DNA of 61,426 bases from Chloroflexota bacterium. Its GTDB lineage: Bacteria; Chloroflexota; Dehalococcoidia; SHYD01. A program made the translations under genes and the position numbers. Position 1 is the stretch's first letter; the number at the start of each line of letters is the position of its first letter. Location: assembly GCA_016190485.1 (NCBI GenBank), contig JACPQN010000139.1, positions 1 through 61,426 on the forward strand, in the 5' to 3' direction. This document shows, in pieces, positions 53,981-61,426 of the stretch. The notes under the pieces were generated by a model. It did no database searches, was not told where the DNA came from, and saw only the letters and a program-made list of their open reading frames with translations.

Positions 53981-54190
53981 CGCTCACCCTGAGAGGGTGT
54001 GAGTTTTTGTCCTCCCTCCCCTGGTGGGAGGGAGCTAGAGGGAGAGGGCAGGCGTCGCTTCACCCTCTCCCTAACCCTCTCCCGTCAAGGGAGAGGGAAA
54101 GATTCACAAGCTCTGAGCTTGTCGAAGGGCGAGCGCCGTGGTTCGACAAGCCTGTCCTGAGCCTGCCGAAGGGCTCACCACGAGCGGCCA
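53981..54190. repeat. Composite repeat block holding both REP-2 hairpins (54011-54034, 54075-54097) and REP-1 units (54113-54130, 54151-54174)
   Basis: Read directly: CCTCCCTCCCCTGGTGGGAGGGAG, CCCTCTCCCGTCAAGGGAGAGGG, CTGAGCTTGTCGAAGGGC and CCTGTCCTGAGCCTGCCGAAGGGC. Confidence 0.85.
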
Positions 54191-54285
54191 AACACGTTGT
54201 TAAACACTCTCTTCTGCGGATGCTTACCGAGAAACAGCGTGGGGGAGCGCGCCCGCGCTCCCCCACTGGCCGACTTCCGAAGGCG

Positions 54286-55902
54286 CTACTGTTTGGCCAG
54301 CCAGGCCTGCTCCCAGTGGCGGTTGCTGTAGGTGCTGGGCTGGCGGCGCCAGTCCCGCAGGGTGTTCCAGACGCCCATAGCTCCGGCGGTGCTGATGGGG
54401 AGAACAATCTTGGGGAGGGCGGCCAGCGCGGCCTTCTCCATCTCCCGGACCAGCTTTCGTCGTTGCTCCAGGTCCAGCGTCTCCGACTGCTGCTTGAAGA
54501 GCTTATCCACGGCCTCCACGCAGAGCTTGGAGTAGTTGCGCGCCGCAGTGCAGGTGTAGTGCTCCGCGAAGATCGCGTCGGGGTCGTCAAAGGCATACGC
54601 GGTGCCCCAGAGGAAGACCTCGTAGTCGCCCTTGTCCATGATCTCGTAGGCCTTCTGGGTCTCGATGATCTGGAGGGTGCCGATGACGCCGATCTTCTCC
54701 CATTGGTCCTTGACGAAGATGCTGGGGTTTTCGTCGCCGGGGCGCTGGCGCGTCCCCATGTTCACCCGGAAGCCGTTGGGGTAGCCCGCCTCGGCCAGGA
54801 GGCGCCTGGCCTCAGCACGGTTCTTCTCCACGTCGCTGCCGTAGCCGGGGAACTTGGCCAGCTCCTCGGGAGGGATGGACCAGGGCCCCTTTGCTGGCAT
54901 GTACCCCTGGCGGTAGCCTTCGCCGTCTCGCAGCACTTTGAGGGCCGCGTCCTGGTCGATGGCCAGGGCCAGGGCCTGGCGCACCCGGAGGTCGTCATAG
55001 GGCTTGCGCAGGGTGGACAGGTTGACGAAGGTGGCGCCCCAGCCGCCAGAGGTCTTCTCGAAGCGCATCTGGTCTCCCAGGGCTTTGCTCAAATCCTCCT
55101 GTTCCTGCTTGTTATCCAGGTCGCACGTCACGATGTTGCCCGTGCGGCAGGCGGCTAGGATGGTGTTGCTGTCGGTGATGATGAAGTACTTGACGCCGTC
55201 CAGGTAGGGATAGCCCTTCTTCCAGTAGCTGGGGTTCTTGGTCAGCTCCACCGAGACGCCCCGGGTGTACTCCTTGAAGACGAAGGGCCCGGTGCCGTTC
55301 ACCTCTTTGGCGGGGTCGTGGCCCGCCTCCACCCACTCCTTGTCCAGCATGGCCATCCAGCCCTGGGCGATGTTGGCCAGGAAGGAGGCATAGGGCCGGG
55401 TCATGACGACCCGCAGGGTGTAGTCGTCTACGACGTCCATGCGCTCCACGGGTTCGAAGGCGGCCCGGCGGGGCCGGACACCACCCTTCTCGGGGGTCTT
55501 CTGGCGCTCGAAGCTGAACTTGGCGTCGTGGGCCGTGAAGTCACCGCCCTGGTGGAACTTGACGCCCTTGACCAGGTGGAAGGTGAAGGTCTTGCCATCG
55601 GGGCTGACCTCCCAGCGCTCTGCCAGGTTGGGCTCCACCTTGGTCATGGTGGGCTCCAGGGGGTCGTAGCGCACCAGGGGGTTCATGGCAGGCTGGACTG
55701 GAAGCGACGTGCCCACGGTGCTGGAGGAGTGGAGATCCAGCGTGGGAGGGTCCGAGGTGGCGGGCAGGTTGAGCACCCCGCCGTACTGTGGCTTATCTGT
55801 CGATGCGTCGGGAGCGGCTGCGGGCTGCTCCCTGGCCGGGGCACAGGCGAGCAGCAGCAGGCCCAGACACATCGCTACAAGAGTGCGCCCCGATAAGCCC
55901 AT
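54286..55902 (-). CDS. ABC transporter family-5 (peptide/nickel/oligosaccharide) solute-binding lipoprotein, paralog 1
   Basis: Lipobox LLLLACAP. KPQYGGVLNL, LVRYDP, NGTGPFVFKEY and C-terminal WEQAWLAKQ. Confidence 0.88.
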   Translation of the reverse strand: MGLSGRTLVAMCLGLLLLACAPAREQPAAAPDASTDKPQYGGVLNLPATSDPPTLDLHSSSTVGTSLPVQPAMNPLVRYDPLEPTMTKVEPNLAERWEVSPDGKTFTFHLVKGVKFHQGGDFTAHDAKFSFERQKTPEKGGVRPRRAAFEPVERMDVVDDYTLRVVMTRPYASFLANIAQGWMAMLDKEWVEAGHDPAKEVNGTGPFVFKEYTRGVSVELTKNPSYWKKGYPYLDGVKYFIITDSNTILAACRTGNIVTCDLDNKQEQEDLSKALGDQMRFEKTSGGWGATFVNLSTLRKPYDDLRVRQALALAIDQDAALKVLRDGEGYRQGYMPAKGPWSIPPEELAKFPGYGSDVEKNRAEARRLLAEAGYPNGFRVNMGTRQRPGDENPSIFVKDQWEKIGVIGTLQIIETQKAYEIMDKGDYEVFLWGTAYAFDDPDAIFAEHYTCTAARNYSKLCVEAVDKLFKQQSETLDLEQRRKLVREMEKAALAALPKIVLPISTAGAMGVWNTLRDWRRQPSTYSNRHWEQAWLAKQ

Positions 55903-55974
55903 CTGTTTCCTCCTTCGCTGGACTATCTTGGGATTCACCTCGCGGCTATCGCAGGCTGCCATGGCCTGTCGTCG

Positions 55975-57588
55975 CTACTGTTTGGCCAGCCAGGCCTGCT
56001 CCCAGTGCCGGTTGCTGTAGGAGCTGGGCTGGAGGTGCCAGTCCCGCAGCGTGTCCCAGATAGCCGTGGCGCTGTTGGTGCCAACGGGAAGGACGATCTT
56101 GGGCATCATGGTAAGGGCCGCCTTCTCCATTTCGTTGACCAGCTTCACCCGCTCCTTGGGGTCCAGGGTCGTGGACTGCTTCTGAAACAGCACGTCCACT
56201 TCCGGGATGCAGATCTTGGAGTAGTTTCGGGCGGCCTTGCAGGTGTAGTGCTCGTCGAAGATGGCGTCGGGGTCGTTGAACGCATAGGCGGTGCTCCAGT
56301 TGAAGATCTCGTAGTCGCCCTTGTCTAGAATCTCGTAAGCGGCCTGAGTCTCGATGACCTGGAGGGTGCCGATAACACCGACCTTGGTCCACTGGTCCTT
56401 GAGGAAGATGCTGGCGTCCTCATGGCCCGGCACCTTCCGCACTCCCATGATCACGTTGAAGCCGTTGGGATAGCCGGCCTCGGCCAGGAGCCGTTTGGCT
56501 TCAGCCCGGTTCTTCTCCACGTCGCCGCTGTAGCCGGGGAACTTGGCCAGCTCTGCTTCGGGCAGGCCCCAAGGCCCCTTGGCCGGCATGTAGCCCTGGT
56601 TGTAGCCCTGGCCCTCAAAGAGCACCTTGATGGCGGCGTCCCGGTCGATGGCGTAGGCCAACGCCCGCCGCACCCGGACGTCGTCGAAGGGCTTCTTGAG
56701 GTTGGACAGGTTCACCAGGTTGCCGCCCCAGCCGCCTGTGCTCTTCTCGAAGCGGATCTTGTCGCCCAGCGCCTTCTTGAAGTCCTCCTGCTCGTTGAGC
56801 TTGGTGGAGCAGAGCATCACGCTCCCGGTGCGACAGGCCGCCTGCTCGGTGCCCGCGTCCGGGATTATGAAGTACTTGACGCCGTCCAGGTAGGGGTAAC
56901 CCTTCTTCCAGTAGTTGGGGTTCTTGGGGAGATCGACAGAGACGCCCCGCTGGTACTCCTTGAAGGTGAAGGGGCCGGTGCCGTTCACCTCTTTCCCCGG
57001 GTCGTGGCCCGCCTCCACCCACTCCTTGTCCAGCATGGCCATCCACCCCTGGGCGATGTTGGCCAGGAAGGAGGCGTAGGGCTGGGTCATGACGACTTTC
57101 AGGGTGTAGTCATCCACAACCTCGAAGCGTTCCACCGGATTGAAGGCGGCCCGGCGGGGGCGTATGCCACCCTTCTCCGGGTTCTTCTGGCGCTCGAAGC
57201 TGAACTTGGCGTCGGCGGCGGTGAAGTCGCCGCCCTGGTGGAACTTGACGCCCTTGACCAGGTGGAAGGTGAAGGTCTTCCCGTCGGGGCTGATGTCCCA
57301 GCGCTCCGCTAGATTGGGCTCCACCTTGGTCATGGTGGGTTCAAGGGGGTCGTAGCGCACCAGGGGGTTCATGGCCGGCTGGACCGGGAGCGACGTACCC
57401 ACGGTGCTGGAGGAGTGGAGGTCCAGGGTCGGTGGGTCCGAGGTCGAGGCGAGGTTCAGGATGCCGCCGTACTGCGGCTTATCCTGCGCGGCCTTTGGCT
57501 CTCCCCCTGGCCCGCCGGCGGCGGGCGCGCAGGCGAGGGCCAGGAGGCTAACGCCTATTCCGGCTATAGCGTAGCGCCATCTGTGCAT
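55975..57588 (-). CDS. Family-5 solute-binding lipoprotein, paralog 2
   Basis: Lipobox LLALACAP. By eye, the N-terminal ~230 residues are nearly identical to paralog 1. Confidence 0.88.
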   Translation of the reverse strand: MHRWRYAIAGIGVSLLALACAPAAGGPGGEPKAAQDKPQYGGILNLASTSDPPTLDLHSSSTVGTSLPVQPAMNPLVRYDPLEPTMTKVEPNLAERWDISPDGKTFTFHLVKGVKFHQGGDFTAADAKFSFERQKNPEKGGIRPRRAAFNPVERFEVVDDYTLKVVMTQPYASFLANIAQGWMAMLDKEWVEAGHDPGKEVNGTGPFTFKEYQRGVSVDLPKNPNYWKKGYPYLDGVKYFIIPDAGTEQAACRTGSVMLCSTKLNEQEDFKKALGDKIRFEKSTGGWGGNLVNLSNLKKPFDDVRVRRALAYAIDRDAAIKVLFEGQGYNQGYMPAKGPWGLPEAELAKFPGYSGDVEKNRAEAKRLLAEAGYPNGFNVIMGVRKVPGHEDASIFLKDQWTKVGVIGTLQVIETQAAYEILDKGDYEIFNWSTAYAFNDPDAIFDEHYTCKAARNYSKICIPEVDVLFQKQSTTLDPKERVKLVNEMEKAALTMMPKIVLPVGTNSATAIWDTLRDWHLQPSSYSNRHWEQAWLAKQ

Positions 57589-57703
57589 TAGGTCCCTCCC
57601 TAACTACCATGCGGTCCGTTTGCCCTGAAGCCCGGCGCTTTCGTTTGCCGTTGCTTCGGAGAGTGGCAGTCCAGCAGGCTGCCACATTAACGCAATGCGG
57701 CTG

Positions 57704-59317
57704 CTACTTGCTGGCCAGCCAGGCTTCATCGAAATGCCGGTTGCTGTAGGAGCTGACCTGGAGGCGCCAGTTCTGCAGCGTGTTCCAGATTACCGTGGCG
57801 TTGTTGGTGCTGATGGGGAGAATGGGCTTGACCATGGCGTTCAGGGCCGCCCTCTCCATCTCGTTGACCAGGCGCTTGCGCTCCGCCGGGTCGGTAGCCG
57901 CCGTCTGCCTTTCGAACAAGGCGTCTATCTCTGGGACACAGAGCTGCGGGTAGTTCCTGGGCGCCCCGCACAGGAAGTGTTCCGAGAAGATGGCGTCGGG
58001 GTCGTCCATGCCGTTGGTGGTGACCCAGTTAAAGACCTCGTAGTCGCCTTTGCCCATGATCTCGTAGGCCGCCTGGGTCTCGATGACCTTGAGGGTCCCG
58101 ACGACGCCGATCTTCTCCCACTGGTCCTTGATGAAGACCCCCGCGTCCTCGGAGTTGGCGATCTGGCGGATGTTGATGGTGACCTTGAAGCCGTTGGGAA
58201 AGCCGGCCTCGGCCAGGAGCTTGCGGGCCTCGGCCCGGTTCTTCTCCACGTCGGGTCCAAAGCCAGGGAACTTGGCCAGCTCGCCGGCCGGGAGCGCCCA
58301 CTGGCCCTTGCCCGGCAGATAGCCCTGGGTGTAGCCCTCGCCCTCGAAGAGCACCTTGATGGCCGCTTCCCGGTCCAACGCGTAAGCCAGGGCACGCCGG
58401 ACACGCACATCATCGAAGGGCTTCCGAAGGACCGAGAGGTTTACGTGGTTGCTGCTGAGCCCTTCGGTGCTCTTCTCGAGGCGGATCTTGTTCCCCAGCT
58501 CCTTTTGGAAGGACTCTACCTCGCTGGTCCTGATGCCGCAGAAGGCGATCTGGCCGGTCCGGCAGGCGGCCAGGGTGGTGCCCCGGTCCGGGATGATGAA
58601 GTATTTTACCCCGTCCAGGTAGGGGCGCCCTTGCTTCCAGTAGTTGGTGTTCTTCACCAGCTCCGTGGAGGTACCTCGGATGTACTCCTTGAAGACGAAG
58701 GGGCCGGTGCCGTTCACCTCTTTAGCCGGGTCGTGGCCGCTCTCCACCCACTCCTTGTCGTAGATGGCCATCCAGCCCTGGGCGATGTTGGCCAGGAAGG
58801 AGGGGTAGGGGCGCTTCATCACGATGCGCAGGGTGCTGTCGTTCACGACGTCGTAGCGGTCGATCCGCTCGAAGGCGTCTTTGCGGGGGCGGACCTGGCC
58901 CTTATCCGGCTTCTGCTGGCGCTCGAAGCTGAACTGTACATCGGCTGCGGTGAGGTCGCCGCCCTGGTGGAACTTGACGCCCTTGCGCAGGTAGAAGGTA
59001 TAGGTCTTGCCGTCCGGACTCACCTCCCAGCGCTCCGCCAGGTTGGGCTCGATCTTGGCCATGACGGGGTCCAGAGGATCGTACCGCACCAGGGGGTTCG
59101 TCGCGGGCTGGACCGGCAACGAGGTGCCCACGGTGCTGGAGGCGTGGAGGTCCAGAGTGGGCGCGTCCACGCTGTTGGCCAGGTTCAGCACACCGCCGTA
59201 CTGGGGTTTGTCCTGCGCGGCCTGCGGCTCTCCGGTAGGCCCGCTGGCGGCGGGCGCGCAGGCAAATCCGAGCAGGCTGAAGGCCACTCCCGCCGCTAGC
59301 CAATGCCATCGCTGCAT
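57704..59317 (-). CDS. Family-5 solute-binding lipoprotein, paralog 3
   Basis: Lipobox LLGFACAP. Same architecture. Confidence 0.88.
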   Translation of the reverse strand: MQRWHWLAAGVAFSLLGFACAPAASGPTGEPQAAQDKPQYGGVLNLANSVDAPTLDLHASSTVGTSLPVQPATNPLVRYDPLDPVMAKIEPNLAERWEVSPDGKTYTFYLRKGVKFHQGGDLTAADVQFSFERQQKPDKGQVRPRKDAFERIDRYDVVNDSTLRIVMKRPYPSFLANIAQGWMAIYDKEWVESGHDPAKEVNGTGPFVFKEYIRGTSTELVKNTNYWKQGRPYLDGVKYFIIPDRGTTLAACRTGQIAFCGIRTSEVESFQKELGNKIRLEKSTEGLSSNHVNLSVLRKPFDDVRVRRALAYALDREAAIKVLFEGEGYTQGYLPGKGQWALPAGELAKFPGFGPDVEKNRAEARKLLAEAGFPNGFKVTINIRQIANSEDAGVFIKDQWEKIGVVGTLKVIETQAAYEIMGKGDYEVFNWVTTNGMDDPDAIFSEHFLCGAPRNYPQLCVPEIDALFERQTAATDPAERKRLVNEMERAALNAMVKPILPISTNNATVIWNTLQNWRLQVSSYSNRHFDEAWLASK

Positions 59318-59410
59318 CCTGCACCTCCTGTTGTGCTCAGCTCTGCACGTTCCTTCTGCGCCCGCCGCAGGCGGGCGCGCTGGAGCACCCGAGGTTGCGC
59401 CTATGGCGCC

Positions 59411-61015
59411 TTACTGTTTGGCCAGCCAGACCCCCTCCAGGTGGGAGTTGCTGTAGATGGAGGCCTGGGGCGTGTAGTCCCGGACGAAGCTCCACATGCC
59501 CCACTTGCTCTGGCTGCCCTGCACGATGATCTTGTGCACCTGGGGGATGGCCAGGCGCTCCATCTCCTGCACCAGCTTCTTGCGCTCAGCAGGGTCCGTG
59601 GCCCGGGTCTGCTTCTCGTACAGCGCGTCCACGTCCTTGGCGCACACCCGGGAGTAGTTGCGGGGCGCGGTGCAGAGGTAGTGCTCGTTGTAGACCGCGT
59701 CGGGGTCGTCCAGGGCGTAGGCCGTGCCCCAGATGAACATGTCGAAGGTGGCCTGCTCCATGTTGGTGTAGGCTGTGGCTGTCTCCTGGATATCCAGGCT
59801 GATGTTCACGCCGATCTTCGCGAACTGGTCCTTTACGTAGATGGCTGCGTCCTCGGCGCCCGCCACCTTGCGGACCCCCAGCTTGGCCTCGAAACCGTTG
59901 GCGTAGCCAGCATCAGCCAGGAGCTTCTTCGCCTCCGCGCGCCGCTTGTCCATGTCGGGGCCGTAGCCCGGCAGCTTGGCCAGCTCCTCTTTGGAGAGGG
60001 CCCAGGCGCCCTTGCCGGGCATGAAGCCCTGGACGTAGGCGTCGCCGTCGCTGATGATCTTGATGGCCTCCTCCCGATTGATGGCCAGGCTCAGGGCCTG
60101 GCGCACCCGCACGTCGTCGAAAGGCTTGCGTAGGACGGAGAGGTTGATGAAGGTGCCGCCCCAGCCGAAGGTGTCGGTCATCTTGACCTTATCACCCAGC
60201 TCCTTCACCAGGGTCTTGGCGTCCCCGGCGTCCGGCCGGTAGAAGTGGATCTGCCCGGTGCGGAAGGCGGCTACGGAGGTGCCCCGGTCAGGGATGATGA
60301 AGAACTTGACGCCGTCCAGGTAGGGGTAGCCCTGTTTCCAGTAGCCGGTGTTTTTCACCATCTCGATGGAGGTGCCCCTGATGTACTCTTTGAACTTGAA
60401 GGGGCCGGTGCCGTTCACCTCCTTGGTGGGGTCATGGCCGGCCTCCATCCACTGTTTGTCGTACATCACCATCCAGCCCTGGGCGATGTTGGGGATGAAG
60501 GAGGGGTAGGGGCGCTTCATCTGGACCTTTAGGGTGTAGTCGTCGGCCACCTCGATCCGCTCCACCGGCTCGAAGGCGCCCCGGCGGGGGCTGATGACAC
60601 CCTTGGGTGGGTCTTTCATCCGCTCCAGGTTGTACTTGGCGTCGTGGGCGTCCCAGGAGCCGCCATCGTGGAACTTCACGCCCTTCTGGAGATTGAAGGT
60701 GAAGGTGAGGCCATCCTTGCTCAGCTCCCACCGCTCGGCCAGCGAGGGCTGGATCTTCTCGTGGATGGGGTCATTGGGGTCGTACCGGACCAGCCCGTTG
60801 TAGGCGGGGTGGAAAGGCTCGTTGGTCTGATAGGTGTTGCTCTGGTGGTTATCGAAAGTGGGAGGGTCTCCACCCAACCACTTGATAAAGACGCCTCCTG
60901 CGATCGGCTTGTCCTCCTGGGGCGCCGCCTGCCGCGCGGGCGCCTGGGGCGCCGGAGCGCATGCCAACAGGAGCACGGCAACCATGCCGGAGAGTGCCCA
61001 AGACCATCTGCTCAC
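59411..61015 (-). CDS. Family-5 solute-binding lipoprotein, paralog 4 (most divergent)
   Basis: GTG at 61015 preceded by GGGAGGAGG gives VSRWSWALSGMVAVLLLACAP, parallel to MHRWRYAIAG.. and MQRWHWLAAG.. in paralogs 2 and 3. Confidence 0.85.
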   Translation of the reverse strand: MSRWSWALSGMVAVLLLACAPAPQAPARQAAPQEDKPIAGGVFIKWLGGDPPTFDNHQSNTYQTNEPFHPAYNGLVRYDPNDPIHEKIQPSLAERWELSKDGLTFTFNLQKGVKFHDGGSWDAHDAKYNLERMKDPPKGVISPRRGAFEPVERIEVADDYTLKVQMKRPYPSFIPNIAQGWMVMYDKQWMEAGHDPTKEVNGTGPFKFKEYIRGTSIEMVKNTGYWKQGYPYLDGVKFFIIPDRGTSVAAFRTGQIHFYRPDAGDAKTLVKELGDKVKMTDTFGWGGTFINLSVLRKPFDDVRVRQALSLAINREEAIKIISDGDAYVQGFMPGKGAWALSKEELAKLPGYGPDMDKRRAEAKKLLADAGYANGFEAKLGVRKVAGAEDAAIYVKDQFAKIGVNISLDIQETATAYTNMEQATFDMFIWGTAYALDDPDAVYNEHYLCTAPRNYSRVCAKDVDALYEKQTRATDPAERKKLVQEMERLAIPQVHKIIVQGSQSKWGMWSFVRDYTPQASIYSNSHLEGVWLAKQ

Positions 61016-61141
61016 GTTGTGCCTCCTCCCGTGATCCAAAGGCCCAGGGACAGCCCGTCGCCTTCCCCGTGACCCTGCCCGGCCCTCGTTGCCCGGCATA
61101 GACGGCCATTGCCCTATACCAGAGCGAGAACGTATTAGGAT

Positions 61142-61201
61142 AGCTTACCAACCTGATGGCAGATGTCAAGCGCCGCGTGTGGGGGTGCCGCGTGTGGGGG
61201 T
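61142..61201 (-). promoter_or_regulatory. Candidate promoter (TTGACA, 16 nt, TAAGCT) with a perfect 15-bp tandem direct repeat immediately upstream of the -35
   Basis: Plus-strand TGTCAA at 61164-61169 and AGCTTA at 61142-61147. GCCGCGTGTGGGGGT occurs twice, at 61172-61186 and 61187-61201. Confidence 0.4.
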
Positions 61202-61363
61202 AACTGCCTTGAAAATAGCCTTTAGGCTGCGGGTTCGAGGTGCACCTTGTTGCCCAGGGCCTCGAGGCGGCGAACCAGGCGTCGTTGGACGGCCTCTTTG
61301 TTGCGCTGTTCAGACTTGCGGAGGCGAGCTCCACCCGACTACCCCGCGACCATCACCCCCTGA

Positions 61364-61391
61364 CCCCCTCTTCCTGGCCAGGAAGAGGGGG
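61364..61391. repeat. REP-2 type perfect palindrome CCCCCTCTTCCTGG/CCAGGAAGAGGGGG
   Basis: Read directly. Confidence 0.85.
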
Positions 61392-61426
61392 AGGAGAGAA
61401 ATCTTTCGAGGGGACACCCCTTCGGC

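Noticed and set aside
54125-54140. tRNA-like GGTTCGA T-loop motifs here and at 61229-61240.
   Set aside because: No complementary T-stem, acceptor stem or anticodon arm can be drawn. The first lies inside a REP-1 unit. I recognised no tRNA genes anywhere in the window.
61222-61330. Minus-strand reading ..GARLRKSEQRNKEAVQRRLVRRLEALGNKVHLEPAA-stop, reminiscent of the C-terminus of some transposase or HTH proteins.
   Set aside because: There is no start codon after the upstream in-frame TAG and only ~36 residues. My memory of the motif is too vague to name a family. It may be a gene remnant.

Overview
High-GC bacterial chromosomal window with about 60 supportable protein genes. I found no rRNA, tRNA or CRISPR array. 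F420 genes (cofE, fno), an LCP protein, a YVTN-propeller surface protein and very abundant REP-like elements suggest a Chloroflexota-like organism, but this is inference only. Content in order: S26 peptidase and siroheme sulfite/nitrite reductase; an AT-richer three-gene cassette (small ORF, tail-fibre/lectin-like protein, secreted beta-helix/DUF4214 protein) behind a consensus promoter whose spacer holds a G11 tract; a 102-bp x4 tandem array; cofE-fno; XdhC; a 1217-aa YVTN protein; an ABC exporter operon. A roughly 13-kb co-directional minus-strand gene train (17177-30602) follows. In it, housekeeping genes (aroE, aroC, aroK-aroB fusion, tgt) alternate with small accessory modules: two retropepsin-like proteins, VapBC, a holin-like ORF plus amidase, AlkD plus an AlkD remnant, a frameshifted BrnT with BrnA, a GIY-YIG nuclease, and a divergent UDG-fold protein translationally coupled to a second BrnA-like gene. 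The rest holds general metabolism genes, a cell-envelope glycosylation cluster ending in a 1341-aa YfhO-like/Wzx-like fusion, a YcnI-CopCD copper operon with a cytochrome c, and four tandem paralogous lipoprotein family-5 solute-binding proteins with no transporter genes in view. Three dispersed repeat families run through the window: REP-1 (CCTGAGC..GCCGAAGGG), REP-2 (CCCCTCCCTGCCAGGGAGGGG hairpins) and heptanucleotide arrays (CSTTGSA). Some copies lie in-frame inside ORFs. The best candidates for something new are the UDG-fold/BrnA-like coupled pair, the poly-G promoter cassette, the retropepsin pair inside the shikimate operon and the GT-C/flippase fusion. All functional calls rest on motif recognition by eye; no database search was run.
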